Origin: Eledone cirrhosa
Lineage: Eukaryota
NCBI GenBank assembly: GCA_964016885.1
Contig: OZ024741.1
Span: 182,280,001 to 182,344,000 of the forward strand
DNA: 64,000 nucleotides
Direction of reading: 5' to 3'
The notes under the pieces are model-generated. The model saw nothing but the letters and a program-made list of their open reading frames with translations, had not been told where the DNA came from and did not search any database. Of this stretch, positions 12,645-26,889 are shown piece after piece. The number at the start of each line of letters is the position of its first letter. Position 1 is the first letter of the stretch. The position numbers were made by a program, and so were the translations under genes.

Positions 12645-13806
12645 ATTTACACCAGGTCCGAACACAATGGAACCAATCTCCCACTGTCACTCCCACTCTC
12701 CCCATCTCTCACTATTGTGAGCAAATGGGGACCCACGCGCTGGCTGCCTCGCGGCCCAGGAAGACAGAATAGAGCAGGTGTTTCCCCGGAGGATGGTGAG
12801 CGAGGCGCGCTGGAAGAGCCTTTGCAGCTCGCGATGCTCACACCTGCTGGTAGCCAAATCTGTGTCGATATTGGTGAGTAGGGAGGTGATCCGAGGGCCA
12901 AGGTCGCCAGAATTCTCCACTGCTACGGGCTCGACTGCAAACCTGTCGGAGAGCAATAAAGCATGGGTCAGTCGCAAAGTGAACCAAGTTGCCGCTGGAA
13001 AATGTCTCGCATGTGGCATCCCAGCGGAAGACACAGCGATACAGGAAGATGTTCATTTCATCAGGCATTTTGTCGTCGTCGTCGTCGTCATCGTCTCCCC
13101 CCCCCTTCCCCTGGCCAGCTCCGTCGGCTAGAGCTGGGAGCGGAAGCCAGCAGCATCTAGGCCATGCTTTATGAACTTGCTGAGAGCAGGATGGCGAGGA
13201 AGACGGCCGGCACTGTAGCGACAGAACAGCGGGTGGAAACCGAAAGAGTCTACGGTATATCCTCAGCGATAATTGTGTGGCCGCAGATCCGGGAGCCGAG
13301 CCCCAAGGAAACTCCGATTCAAAGGCTATCATTAGCCAGCTACATGTCATTCGAAAAGGAGGGTAAGGCATTGAACCAGGCCCCGCTGTGGGATTTCAAA
13401 GCCGAGCGAAAACATGCGAGGTGGTGCTGGTCGAGCTTGTCCGAGGCCATGTCGCACTGGATGGCATTTCATATGCCCTGTGGGAATTTGACGTCTACGG
13501 GGGGAAGAGTAGGAGGGACGTCTACTGACGGGAGTCCGAGCTGGTTACAAGTCTCGCAGTCGGCTTCATGTTCCTCGATCACAGTGGGTTCCGTTGTGTT
13601 GTGGAGAACCTTGATGAGGACACGACAAGAAATTACCGATGAAAGAAACGCCGACAAAGCCAGTGAGACCGAAGACCAAGGCCACTGTTTCTAACAGGTA
13701 AGGTGTCCTGTAGCCATCGAAAGTCGTCAAACCTGACGTAGCATAACTCCTCAGCTGCCACTCGGATACAAGTATCGAGGTCAGTGATGATAGATGCGCG
13801 GCTGTA
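12645..13806 (-). mobile_element. Second, more decayed CRE-like copy (3' portion)
   Basis: Colinear with 7900-9030 (LSSVISCRVL, PSVDVPP, DRFAVEPVAVENSG, QRASLTILRGN) and extends into the 3' UTR. Confidence 0.85.
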
Positions 13807-14689
13807 GCTCTATCACCGTTTAGTGGTTTTCTCAGTCTCCTCTTTCATAGACTCGTCAAATATCAAACATCTAATACCGCTTCGAGAAATTACTAAATTA
13901 CAAACGCCCAATGTTTTGTAGTAGGACCAAGTTGGTGGCGTTGTGTGGTGGGTTGGAATGAAATGAGATGGTGTGTCATGGGTATATTAATTATTTAATA
14001 ATGATTTCTAAGACAAACATGCTACAGAAAACAGAAAAAGAGACGATCGTTTGCTCAGACCAAAGAAACAATGTTTCCATTGGTCTTTCAATTGATGATA
14101 CTATCTGACGTTCCCAGCTTCTAGCAGAAGCGTCATCGCTTTCCCGGTCTCAGGAGACATGATTTGATCTCAAAACAGACAAAGCTGTATTAGATACCAA
14201 ACAAATCCCGCCCAACTCGTTAACACTGTGTCCATCCATCCCCTCTGAACTAGTACTCTATTTATCGACCCCGAAAGGACGAAAATCAGAGCCGGAACAA
14301 ATTCAAGGCCCTAAATTCAACGTTCGAATTACTTTCCGACTCACCCCTATATACAGAAATGGACGTCTCTGTAACCTTCATATCACACTAAAAGACATTT
14401 GCAGTGTGTGAACCAGGAAGCGAAGAAATTTACATCTTGCTCTTTAGTATTTACTAGGCAACAAAGTAGCTATTTCGGCCCAAATCAACGATATCTACGA
14501 TTAAAAACATTAAAGTTGACCTCTCCATATCTATTTTTCCAAAAGCATCTTCTCTAACTTTTAAATAAAAGAGCATTTGTAAAGGTCAAATGTAACTGCA
14601 TGTAGAGTCGCTACATTTCCGCATCGAGAGATTACAGATCTGATATTTCAGACATGTGGTTAGAATGTCCAAGCAAAGAATCATGTCAG

Positions 14690-14880
14690 ATTTTATGATC
14701 AAACTCAACCGGCATGAAACCTAGAAGTAGACTACGAGCAAGATGGTTGTATAGCATCAATAAGCTCGGCTGGTCTCTCTTGGGATTCCTGCAGGACAAT
14801 TTGAAGACGGTTGCTTCAGATAGAACTCTGTGGAAGGTGTGTCCCAGGACTCCACCGCCACATCCCTTGCAAGAAGAATC
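14690..14880 (+). mobile_element. RTE-like LINE 3' fragment
   Basis: KPRSRLRARW...LG...LKTVASDRTLWK resembles the RTE ORF C-terminus (RPRGRP..RW...A.DR..W). Confidence 0.6.
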
Positions 14881-15084
14881 AGAAAAAATCTTACATACAT
14901 ACGTCAATGAAATTTGGTCTTTTATAAATAATCTTTTATTTAGTTAATACCTTGAAAATGAAAATAAATTAGATTGAGAAGAAAGAATAGAATGTAAAAT
15001 AAGAAAATATAAAAAAGAAGGGAAAGGCAAGGGCTCTAGTATTACAGAAGAATGGAGAGGATGATTGAGCCCTGGGCATAGAGA

Positions 15085-15290
15085 GCGGGCCGCCGACGTT
15101 TCGATCTTGCCGAGGAGCTCGGCAGTACGGGGTCCAAGTACGCCTGAGGTCTTGACGGCGACTGGTGCGAAGAGGAAGCGCCCGGACAATCCCCGGTATT
15201 TGTTTTACTTCTTTTCCTTTGCATAGCGGGCCGCTGTGCTGGAGTTTGTGGCCGAAGCGACTAAGTTGGAGGAGGAGAACGTGACACATG
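15085..15290 (-). mobile_element. CRE-like endonuclease fragment
   Basis: SGRFLFAPVAVKTSGVLGPRTAELL is homologous to the 8040-8200 region. Confidence 0.7.
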
Positions 15291-16044
15291 ACAACAAAAT
15301 TTGTGGCTTCTAGCAGGAATCTTGTAATGTTTAGTAATGAGGTAAATTGTGATTTGAATAGGGAATTAGCTGTTATTTCTAGCTTGTCGAGTGACTGTGT
15401 AGAGGGAGAGATTTCCCAGTAGGCTTAGTAACATGTCTCAGTCAATTTACTCCTCACTTTCTTCTCGTATTCTCAATTTTAGAAGAAATCACCTGTACAT
15501 TATCTCCCTCTGTTATGCAAACAAAGCAATCAACCAATCAATTAATTAATCGATACGTTTGGGAACGAGTGTACAGAAACGTCAATGCGGAAGAAAATTA
15601 GGCGATTTCATAGAATTCTCCTTACAATGGTTTTCGATTAATGATCAGCTTCACCGTAATAATTATATTGTCACGTAAGATCTTTAAACGTTGTTGATTT
15701 TGCTCTTGTTGTATTTATTGTATTTTTAGAATCCATATTCAATGATATAAAGAATGCATTAACATTATATAGTGGGGGGGGGGGGTCATTCACGCCTGTA
15801 TTTTTTATTTAACAATTCACATGTCATTGTCATGGAATTAGAATTGATGAATGCAAAATGGGTAGAAAGAAATTGTTAAGAATGGGCGGAAATGGATTAA
15901 GTTATGATAAAGCGAATCAATGAGATAAAGAAACGAATATTATATAATATAGATGTTAATTTGTCAGATACAACGAAGTACCGAATTAAATGCCTTTATT
16001 ATTTTCTTTCGAGATTATAAGCTTTAAGTTTAAACCTCACTGGA

Positions 16045-16225
16045 TGCGTGTCTCCCTCACCATACTTCGAGGAAACGCCTTCGCTATTCTGTCTGCCGGG
16101 GCTGCGAGGCAGCCAGCGTGTGGGCCCCCATTTGCTCAGAATAGTGAGAGATGGGGAGAGCGGGAGAGACGGAGGCAGTGACAGTGGGAGTTTGTTTTTT
16201 TTTGTGTTCGGACCTGGTGTATATA
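16045..16225 (+). mobile_element. CRE-like 3' end fragment
   Basis: RVSLTILRGNAFAILSAG plus a 3' UTR (gtgttcggacctggtgta) matching 12645-12800 in reverse. Confidence 0.85.
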
Positions 16226-17165
16226 AGTAAACTGTTGAAATTTGAAGTCAGCAAAACTATTTATGTTTAGCACAGTGCGAAACACTTTAATTGTGCAATA
16301 TGTTTAATGACTTATTAGCCAAACGTGCCCCCATGCTAGTCTGCTGACCTTCATTCCAAACTTGAGGGTAAAAATATGTTGATAGCTAACAGTATGCTCG
16401 GTATACTAGTCGGCCAATGCAATCTAATGCACACCTCCTCCTAAAAAAGTTAGCTTTGTACCAATGACACAAATTAATATCACAAAATAGGGATGACAGA
16501 ACGCTTTGATGGAAAGAGTTAAATCATAGATTAATACATTTATATTTTGAGCTGGTTTAGACTTTCAGGTGAAATCAATATAATTTTATCCATACCAATA
16601 CCGGTATCTCCGTATGTCTCATGAGACGATGGATCTTCACTAGGAAATTACTCGGCTAAGATGCATTCTTAGAGGAAATGTAAAGTTGGTTTTACTGTCC
16701 AGACGTTTTTTATCGTTCTGTATGCACCGTTCAATGTACATGATTGACTCAATCTCTTTTGCCATCTTCACATGGTTTATTTACTGGACACTAATATCGA
16801 TATACGAAGTGGAAATGTAATGTTTACTAATTACATTTTCCACTAAAGAGATAAGAAATTCGCGCGCACCCACACATCCACACACCTTTCACATGGATAA
16901 TTTCTTTTATTTTTTACTTTAGATTTGGTATTTGCAAATGATCTTTTATTTCACTCATTCTTGAAAATACTACTGACCACTTTCAAACTTTTCTCTTTTC
17001 GTAGTTTGCAATATGTCTATCACAGCTGACTCCTTATTAGATCGCCTGATTTCATGCTTATCGTGTTTTTTGAAAAGTCTTATCAGTGGACGTGTGTATT
17101 CTTCTAAAACCAAATCCTCTGTTGAGAGTGATGGTGTGAAATTATACAGAAATAATATTTACAAA

Positions 17166-17430
17166 GTCTTGTGGGCGTAGACCTTTTTATGATAGCGACA
17201 ACTCCATTAATATTTAGTTGTTACATCTGTATAAAACATTATTAGCTTATACTATAAGTTAATATTTTTCTTATCCTTGAGACATAAACATTATATGGAA
17301 ATAATATTAACAGGGCCTTGTAGGTGTAGACAGTTTATGATAGCGACAATTCCCGTAATATTTAGTTATTGCTTCTATATAATACATTATTAGCTTATAA
17401 TAGTTTATTGTCCCTGAGACACAAACATAA
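17166..17430. repeat. Diverged tandem duplication, period ~149 bp
   Basis: cttgt.gg.gtagac...ttatgatagcgacaa...aatatttagtt...cattattagcttata...tgagaca.aaacat occurs twice. Confidence 0.85.
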
Positions 17431-18448
17431 CAGCTATGGATCACGGAGATCAGCTTATTCAGTACCTTATATTAACGAAGCAGTCCACATATTTACAATG
17501 GAATGAAACCGACGATGAGTGTTAAAATTGTTCGATCAACAGAACTGTTTTAAACAGTGTGACAAGATTATCTCTTTGTATTATAAGTACTGTTCATCCG
17601 ATGGGCTTCCAAACAGTTTCCGTCTACCAATTTCACTCACAAATCTTCAATCGGTGTGGGGCTATGGGAATCGATGTCTGTTTAAGATGACATGCAGTAG
17701 AATTAAACCTGGAACCTTATGGTTCCATTGATTTCCGCACTTTACACAACCGGTTGACTACTGAAGCTTCTAACGACTTCCAGCCAGCTAGCCCAAAACC
17801 AATGGGTTGTTGAATCTGCCTTTCTTATGAACTTCTCTTCTTACGCCCAATTATTCCTTAGAGGATCGTGGAGTCAGAGTCCTGAGACACATCTTTGCGA
17901 GGGTCCTATTGGAAGCAATTGTCAGCGAATGATCCGTAGAACGTCACCAAATGATCCGTAGTCCTTTCTCTAGGACCCCTAGAACCACCATCGGTGTCAT
18001 TCAATCTCGATGTTTATTCAGTTAATATTATCTCGTGGTACGTTGTATTCTTGCTTTCTATACGATGGCAATTATTGATGGATCCTATGTCGGTTTCAAT
18101 GATGAGCTTTCAGTTGTTTGGTCCACTGAAGATCTGACTTGTTAATTAACATGTGGCTTAACATTCCACAGTGCACTCTTAATGTAATTCCCAAAGCAAA
18201 TCTGGCTCATGCAATGTGTTCCAGGGAATATACAGTCCATTTGATGAGCTTCCACACTTGCCCAAGTAGTAACGAACATGAAACCCCCATGTTTGCGAGG
18301 TGAACACTTTAACCACTCAACTATGCCCGACTCCACGTTTGGGTTTGTGGAAGAAGTAACTAATTCTTTCGTAGATATAAACATACAAAAACACCTAACA
18401 AAATTAAGATGAAGCTACTCTACTTGACGCTTTCACCTTTAATGTAAG

Positions 18449-18633
18449 TAATTGTTTCTACTTTTGACACAAAGCCAGCAAATTACCTAGTACATTACTG
18501 GTAATTTATTTTATCGACCCCGTAAGGATGAAAGGCAAAGTTGACCTCGGCGGGATTTGAACTCAGAATGGAAAGGGCCGTAATTCTATGCATCAAAGCA
18601 TAACGTCTGACCCTCTACCGATACTGCCAATCC
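18449..18633 (-). mobile_element. SINE family A
   Basis: Near-identical to the other copies. Confidence 0.9.
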
Positions 18634-21600
18634 GTAATAGTCTGTGATTCACTATCAAAAGTCATGCTTTATTTTACAAACTGCTGCTGTTGTTGCTGCT
18701 TCCGTTGTATCGACGACTAATACACGGTTGTCATCGTTTTCTGTCTCTTTTCTAACCTCAACAAGGATTCATTTATCCACTTAATTAAGAACAGCGCAAT
18801 GTTTTAATTGAATTATTCGGTGTCTTCAGATGTAGCAGAGGTTTAACGTGGGTGTAGCAATGGCTACGTACGTAAAGTTTCGAACTTCTGACATAATGAA
18901 CACAAAATTCAAACACCTTTTCTGATTCTATGTGACAGAAAGGAGGATTAATGGCTGTATCACTTAAGGCAAACAATTAGGCTTTGAAAACTGAATTCAG
19001 CCAAAGCAATGTCAATGAGCCATTCAATGAAATGGAAGAGATGGAGAATAAAATATCATCATAAATAGCTATTAGAAATTCCTTATCTAGTAATCCAAAT
19101 TACACAATGTAGAATAACATTTCCGAATAGAAGAAAGTTTTAAAATATTCAGTAACAGCTCTCGTTTTTAACTTTTTTTTAAATATTTATCCAAAGGGTG
19201 TTTCAACAGATGCACTTGAAATTCTCAATTGAGAACGAAAATTTCCCCAATTAAATTTTTACAGATTCATCTTCAAAAATGCAACCTTCTTTTGATTTCC
19301 AAATTTTTGAAAAACGTGTTCTACAAGAAAATGAGATCATTATAACTAAAACAGTGATGCTATCATAATGTTCAACATAAAATCAACACAATGGATAACA
19401 TATTTGTCTATCTTGCTGGTTGCACTTGTGTGGTTTACTAACTTTACTCCATAATTGTATTGAAGTAGAGCTGAACAAATATAAATAACACTTCAGTTTA
19501 CTAAAATTCTACTGACTCTATCAGTAGCGTGTAATGATATTTATAGCAACAAAGCATATAGAAATTGCAGCATCTCGGGGGAAATTCATCTCTGCCTATT
19601 AATATTATAATGCAATATTACATAATCAATGTTCACGCCGGAGGTCAAATCTGACTTTCCTCTTTCCGGGGGTGTCAAAATAAAGCACCAGTTAAATTTG
19701 CTGACCTTGTGCCGAAATTACAAATCATAGTTTTCATAATCTTATTACAAACTTTTATTTCTCAAGTAAGTTTATTGACGCCTGTCCGTCAGTGACCTAT
19801 ACCATAAGACCTAAGTTCACATTCTGTTGAGGCTAACTATATTCTTAATCATTTAAGGATCGATAAAATAAACTACTAGCACAGGGCAGTGGATTACCGG
19901 AATTGTTAGGGCATTGGACGAAACGTCTTGTGGTATTTTCTGGGTCACGTGGAGGGGGGTCTGTGTTCAAACACCGCTGTGGCTCATTCAGTTGACTGGT
20001 AGACTTAATCTGTCACATGGTTTAACCCCATCATTTGTTTCTTTGAGCCTTCATTTCAGTTCATTCTGTTGCACACATTTAAGTTAGATCTCTGGTTTGG
20101 GGATACCTTTCTCATACTGTACCCATTCCTTGCCACCAGTCTCTGATCTACTGAAAAGGGTCTTGGGCACTGTCATTTCATTCTTGGCTAAACAGTAAAA
20201 AAAAATGTTGGCATTTAGAAATTTAAACTTGAGATTTGTTTCAAAGAGAAATTCAGGAGCTTAGTATATTTAATTTGGTTAATTGCATTTTCTTTTTACT
20301 TCTCATTTCACTGTTTACTGTGTATGGACTTGCTTCAAGTTGAACAAGTTTCAGTAACTATATGTCAAACCCTCTATAAATAAACTTATTTAAACTAAGT
20401 CTTCTGATAATGTAGCAAAGTATATTTTTAATGACATTTACAATTACCTACATTGACAAGGAATTTATGTTATTATATATTTGGATTGATGTTTTGCAGA
20501 CTAAACACTATTTAACTACTTCAAAGGATCCACTTCCCAGCGATTACGTCTCTATATTTATGTTTATTTTTTATATTTCATACATTCTATCAACGAGATG
20601 TGAAAGATAAGAAATTCAGAAGAGATCAGAAGTTTACTGAAATAAACCCCACATCAATAACTTAATTCCAAAATTTCCGCTTTATTTAACTCTCTCAAAC
20701 AAATACTTATTTGTTTACGTGTTTGCCAAAAACAGCTCAATTCTTTAGTATAGTTTAGCTAGCTTCCTACCAGTAAAACTTTCTTCAACTCCCATTGTTT
20801 TATTTTTATTTATTATTTTTATTTTTTTTGTGGACGTTCTCAAAATAACTGAAATATTTTGCCAGAGCTTTATTGTTAACCGATGAAAATAGTTAGAATT
20901 CCTTTATTATTGTATTTCTGGCCTAATATTTAAGCCCTTATCATATAACGATTTCTCAGCATGAAAGCTATTTCAAAAAACATTTCTCCGAGAAAATCTA
21001 TTAACATTCTAGTTCAATTGTCTTCGTCATTACATGTTGTATTAAGTGACCTGAATTGGCTTTTCACTGAGGTCAACCACTTCACTTTTCATCCTTTCGG
21101 GGTTCATAAAATACAGTATCAGTCAAGTACTAGGGTCGACATATTCTACTGTTCTCTAGCCCCAAAATATCTGGATGTGTGCCTATGCAAGAAATTACTT
21201 TGAAATAATCCCACCGAGATTTATAAAATGAGATATTCAGAAAACCTTTGGTAATAGAAAGTTGAACTCATTGCTGTTTTATTTGTTGGGGTAGTTGTAA
21301 AAGATGATGCCATCGATAACTATTGCCATTACAAATTTGCGGTCTCGTATCAACACCCACCTAGAAATACTTCACATACGAAGAAAATGGTGACGGAAAG
21401 ATCTGAACCTCACATATTATTTCCTTCATAATTTGCACGTTTGTCAGTAACCATTATTGATATTTTAGGGATTGGTACATACAATAAATCAGCTGATCTA
21501 AATTCATCCATCAAGCATTTGAGATCAGTTAACATGGATCTATAGGGAGTAGAAAGATTTGATACACTGGAGAAGATGAGCAACGAAGAATACATGTGAC

Positions 21601-22029
21601 TTACTGCACACTGGCTATGTAAATAGATTCCTATTCCCAGTTAAAGCTATTCTAACTCATTAAATATGTATATAAGCAGCGAATTGGTGGGCTCGTTAGG
21701 GGCGTGGAGCGGAAGCTTGCGTTATTCGGTCCAGCTCTCTGAGTTTAAATCTTGATATCCATAAAAAGGAAATATCTATCTAGTACTTCTCGACCCGAAA
21801 TGGCATAGGTTGGACTAGTTATTAAGAGGTTTCAGTAGCATATGAGTTTTATATTAGAAGAGTTTGGTAACCCTTCTTCACTCAGCTCTTCTCCATTTCT
21901 GCAGAAAGGGGTTCTGTGAGTAGTTTACCATAGTCTTTCTCATGGCGTAAAGTAACCAATTGAGAGACAGACAAACAGACAGAAGGTAAATGTATGAGAG
22001 AGAGGGTGATAAAGAAATTTGACGAGTAC

Positions 22030-22150
22030 TTTATCGACTCCAAAAGGATGAAAGACAAAATTGACCTCGATGGGATTTGAAATCAGAGAGCAGGAAGCTG
22101 GATAAAATACCGCAAGACATTCTATCCGGCACTCTTATGATTCTACCAAG
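22030..22150 (-). mobile_element. Diverged SINE family A relative
   Basis: ttatcgactccaaaaggatgaaagacaaaattgacctc...ggatttgaa. Confidence 0.7.
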
Positions 22151-22239
22151 TTGCTGTTGCGGAAGCAATAAACAGTAATGCAATCGTATTGATGCTTTTA
22201 TTGAAGTGAACAGATTCACAGCAATCGAAACTTAATACT

Positions 22240-22340
22240 ATTCTGTCCACCGGGGCAGCGGGGCGGCCAGCACGTGGGCTCCCATTTGCCTATAATAGTG
22301 AGAGATGGGGAGAGCAAAGGAGGTGGAGGTAGTGAGTGAA
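22240..22340 (+). mobile_element. CRE-like 3' end fragment
   Basis: Matches 16085-16190 (gccagcacgtgggctcccatttgc...aatagtgagagatggggagagc). Confidence 0.8.
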
Positions 22341-22387
22341 AGACAGAGAAGATCAACGCACACGCGTACTTGATAAGACAGATAAAT

Positions 22388-22550
22388 TAATATTTCTACT
22401 TTAGGCACAAGGGCAACAATTTTGGGCGAAGGGAAGATCGATTAAATCGACCCCAGTGCATTACTGGTGCGTTATTTTATCGACCCCGTAAGGATACAGG
22501 GCAAAGCTAACCTCAGCAAGATTTGAACTCAGAATGTAAAGTGCCGCATC
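22388..22550 (-). mobile_element. SINE family A, longer-tail subfamily
   Basis: Family core plus the extra ...gggaag.tcgattaaatcgacccc segment also seen at 56430 and 56850. Confidence 0.85.
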
Positions 22551-22956
22551 TCTAACGTATTTGCTGCAAACTTATGATCTATACGACAGCTAACACCTCC
22601 AAGTTATCCTTTACCTATAATCCTGTTGTGCCATTATTTTACGCCTCTTGTTTGTTCCCATGGATATTGGAATATAATTTTATAAACACAGAACCACTAT
22701 GCCATCCTATAATAGATTTGAACTTTCAACTAGTTAGCTTTTAACAATTCTTAAGGCTTAATTTCATTTGCGTAATTTCTAAGGCATTTTTGACAGCAAA
22801 GTAATTTCAGAGTTGTCTCCCTTGACATTCTTTACTAGGACTACTCATTAAAGCTAATGCAGCTTTTTTTCTTTTTTTTTTCTCACAACTGTTGTAATTT
22901 TTATTAATTATATATTTTCTTCATATCAGCTTCCATTTTAATATATAATCTTACGC

Positions 22957-23129
22957 CAGACCTGCCAACCTCTAAAAATCCAAACGGGGAGTACCATGAA
23001 AAAAAAGTGCCCCAAAACGGGGAGAAATGAAGCAAAATGGGGAGATTTTACATAATGATTTTACTTCTCTAACCAAATGAGCCAAAACAGCGAGATCTCC
23101 CAGTCGGACGGGGAGAGTTGACAGGTCTG
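22957..23129. mobile_element. MITE (173 bp) with TIR CAGACCTGCCAAC
   Basis: cagacctgccaacctct ... agagttgacaggtctg, flanked by a direct repeat CTTACGC (22950-22956 / 23130-23136). Second copy at 61962. Confidence 0.9.
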
Positions 23130-26100
23130 CTTACGCAGAAGTCATCTCTCAGTAATTCACACTCCTCCTCCCTCACAGTCATTTGTTTTATATTGTTAAA
23201 ACTACTTTACTATACACATAAATTCCGTTACATGGTACTTATTGATTAGATATCAATTGCGTCTGTCTGTTATCGAAATTTAGAGATTATATCACATAAC
23301 AGCTACGCACTAGTGACTGCTAAGTTCGCTGGAAAGGATCGTAGAACCTGTTTGATATGCATAATCGACCGTTGAAGTCGACATCAGTCTGTAGATAGGA
23401 AGATGTTTACTATAGTGGCTTCACGAAATAACAACTGAATTAAACTTGCAGATTTGCAAAAGGTCTTTTCTCTTTTCTTTTAATTTATACTTTCTCTCTA
23501 ATACTTAATCAGTTCCATAATTGCTTTCTATCGATTTACTTTATACATATAGTTGACGTTGATTAGGATCAGTTGACCTAGTGATGTTAACATAACATAT
23601 TCCTGAATTGAAACTTATTTGTTTATCAACCTATCAAAAAATCGAATAAATCAGCTGTCTCATCTTCAAATTTTGGGTTATTTGAGATGTTTCTTTTATA
23701 TTTTTCTCTTTAAAGATTTGATCAGAAAGAAGGGGCTCTGTCATTGACCTCCGTAGACTCTTCGATAGAGACATGAGACCAACAGAATGTTCCTCTCAAG
23801 CAGTTGCAAATGAATGGGTACCGGTGGGGCGGATAGAACGTAGGTAAGGAGACATGTGATTCCAGAGATCTGACGATCTAAAAAGAGGAAGTAGAGGACA
23901 ATACTTTACAGTCTGACAGCTATTAATTGTGTAGTTTAATGGAATAGTTTGGACTGTGATCAATCTGTATTTTCTTGTACAGCCCGTTCCTCTAGATTTG
24001 TCCTTGTTGTTTAACTCCAATGTAGTCCTGATTAAGTAGAAGTGTTACCAAAGGCGTTACATGGTGGGCATCCCCCAATTTTTGAGCGCTTAGGACGTTT
24101 TCAATGTACACGTCTTTTGTCAAGACTGTGAATAATGATTTGAAGAATTTTGATTAATATGTCTAGAAGGTTGAGTGACCACATAGAGGCTCTTAGTTCA
24201 ATAGAGGAAGCACTTCTATTGCCCAATTCGATCTTTCTTGCGTTCACAACCTAGGTGGACAAAGTGAATTCGATCCGATCGTAACCATTGTTGTTCCCCC
24301 TCACATTACTGGTAAACTTTTTTAAAATATCTCGCTTAAGGGGTTATGGTTTGTTTTTCATCCATCTTCGGCTTTCAGTATATTTGGCTAATTGTGGGAA
24401 AAAAAGAAATTAATCAAAAGAAATTATCCGTTTTAATAGAAGCTAAGCTCTAATTGATTGATTATAAGCGTTTATAATAGATAAAATGTTTTCAATTAAA
24501 CCTGATCTCTAGTATTTCGGTTGCTATAATTACGGCCTAAAATCTAAAACAGTAGTCAGTTGTTAATGACACTACAAAATTAGGGCAGGAAATTTCTACA
24601 TTTTTTTTTACTATTATATACTTTTTTCCATGTGGGAGAGAGAGAAGCCTGCAGCTTTGAAGAACAATTTGTGAAAATATATTTTAGCTCATCGGAGGGA
24701 AAAATTTTCGTGTAGCTACTTCTTAAACAACATATTGATTAATCGGATCAAAAGAATTCGTAATAAAAAATAGAACGTGCTTTGTTAATTTTATGAAATA
24801 ATTTGAAAGTGAGGACAGTACGTAAATGCCCTCAGTAATACTTTTAATCATGCGAAAGACTTAAGTAAATTAAAATCTTTAAGTGAAGCGACTAAATATA
24901 ATTTTTTTTTTTCTCCATAAATTTTTTCCGGCATTGTTTTAAGAAAAAAAGCAAACAATCATTTTAGCTGTTATCTTATTGGAGGATCATCCGTCGGTTT
25001 CGATCATGAGCAATTAGATATTCAACCAAGTAAATTCCCACTCGTGAAATTAAGTTGGTGACTGATATCATTTTTATCTTTTATCTAAACGAGAATTCAA
25101 TTATTAGGGTGAAAGTGGGGACAGGATGTGATGTTCAATGCTTCTTTTCAATAACATTAACAGTATAATTGAAAAATAAAATTCAGCTTAGAATCGAAAT
25201 CAAAGCAGTGAACTCGATAGGAAGCAATATAATTATTTTGTTTTCCTTCGCTTGCAACGGAATCTTCTAGACTATCAATATATGCAGATGTGCTCAGTTT
25301 CATATATCCCTGACAGCGGAAATCGTCAAAACACAAAAGTCTTTTTTGTTGTTGTTGTTTTTTCTTTGTGGAAAATGATGAAACCTGAGCAACAGAAGTT
25401 TTTATTCAGTTTATGAATTTTGTTTTCTTTTCTTCAGCAAACTAAACGGTATTTTCGACAATTTTAATGTCACTTGCACGCTTATTCGTTGATGAATGGA
25501 ATAAAAACAGAAAAAAAAGACACGCAAGCGTGAGTGCACATACACAGATACAGTTACACACACATATATAATTATGCACACGTAAATATGTACATTCATA
25601 TTATACACATTCCAAAGAATTGTCGTTTTTTGAATTCTTCCTTTTTTTCCTATTTTTTCCCCACTTTCCATTCTCTGCTGAAGCGAGAATCTATTTTATT
25701 AAAGTTGATTTGGACGAACGAAAGTTTACAAAGAAATATCAAAAGAAAACGGTTTTGATTATTTTTATTTGTTAATTTTTTCTTTCTTTCTTTCATTAAC
25801 TGACAAACCGACATCTGTCATTGACAAATAGTTCTTCTTTCTTTGGATAGTTATTGATATTGTCGATGACCAGTGCTGTAGAATAGACACACTCTTCCGG
25901 CGAGAAGAGTTCGTGAATCGGTTTCGTTTCTGATTTCTTTGTCAAAGAGTTTTGGAAGTGCTTTTGATATTTTTCAAGTCCCTTCGAGACTGGTATGCGA
26001 AATGGGTAAAGACATCCTCAGCCTGTCCGAAATATCTGCAACAGAGTGGACTCCGCAAAAGTATCCATGAGATAGGTGGGGATGTTGCTGCTAGTGTTAA

Positions 26101-26293
26101 CTCTTTCTGTGCCATACTTCTAATAAAAAACACTGCCAATGATTTTTTGATACTTTGGAAAATAATCAAACATTTTGAAGTAGTAATATAACTTTCTTAT
26201 GAATCACGATTAACCTAAGAGGTCAGCTACCTCACTATTCTATACAATTCTATCGAGGTCGATAAATAAAGTACTAGTCCACTAGTAGAGTCG

Positions 26294-26334
<41 letters not shown>

Positions 26335-26789
26335 AAGAAGAAGAAGAAGAAGAAGAAGAAGAAGAAGAAGGAAAAGAAAAGGAAAAAAGGAAGATAAATC
26401 AGTTGTGTTAAGACTCGGGGAGGTATGATTTCCATCAGGTTTAAATGCTCAACCTTTAATATCACTACGGCGCTCCTACCACACAATCAGGAATCAGGGC
26501 TCATGAATATGCAAATATTTTGAAATAAAATTTTTATGTCATAAAACTCGGAGTAATTTGGTATCAAAACAGTTAAATCTGCCGAACGATTAGGTCTACA
26601 ACTTCACTTTTTTAACACCACTTTGAGAATCGTTTTAACGATGCCACATTACAATGGACCTCTATCATGTACAACTAATTAATGAATAAGAGAAAAGCAA
26701 GTCGAAAGATATTATTGTAATTAGTTTCAAAGAATAGTCCTTCAAATATTTTAGATCCACTCTACTTAATTGATATCCTCACAATCTTC

Positions 26790-26889
26790 ATTAACTTTGC
26801 CTTTCATCTTTACGGGGTCGATAAAATAAAGTACCAGTAATACACTGGGATAATTGCTGGCCTTGTGCCAAAAGTAGAAACAATTATTT
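26790..26889 (+). mobile_element. SINE family A, 5'-truncated
   Basis: ttaactttgcctttcatc...gtagaaacaattatt. Confidence 0.9.
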
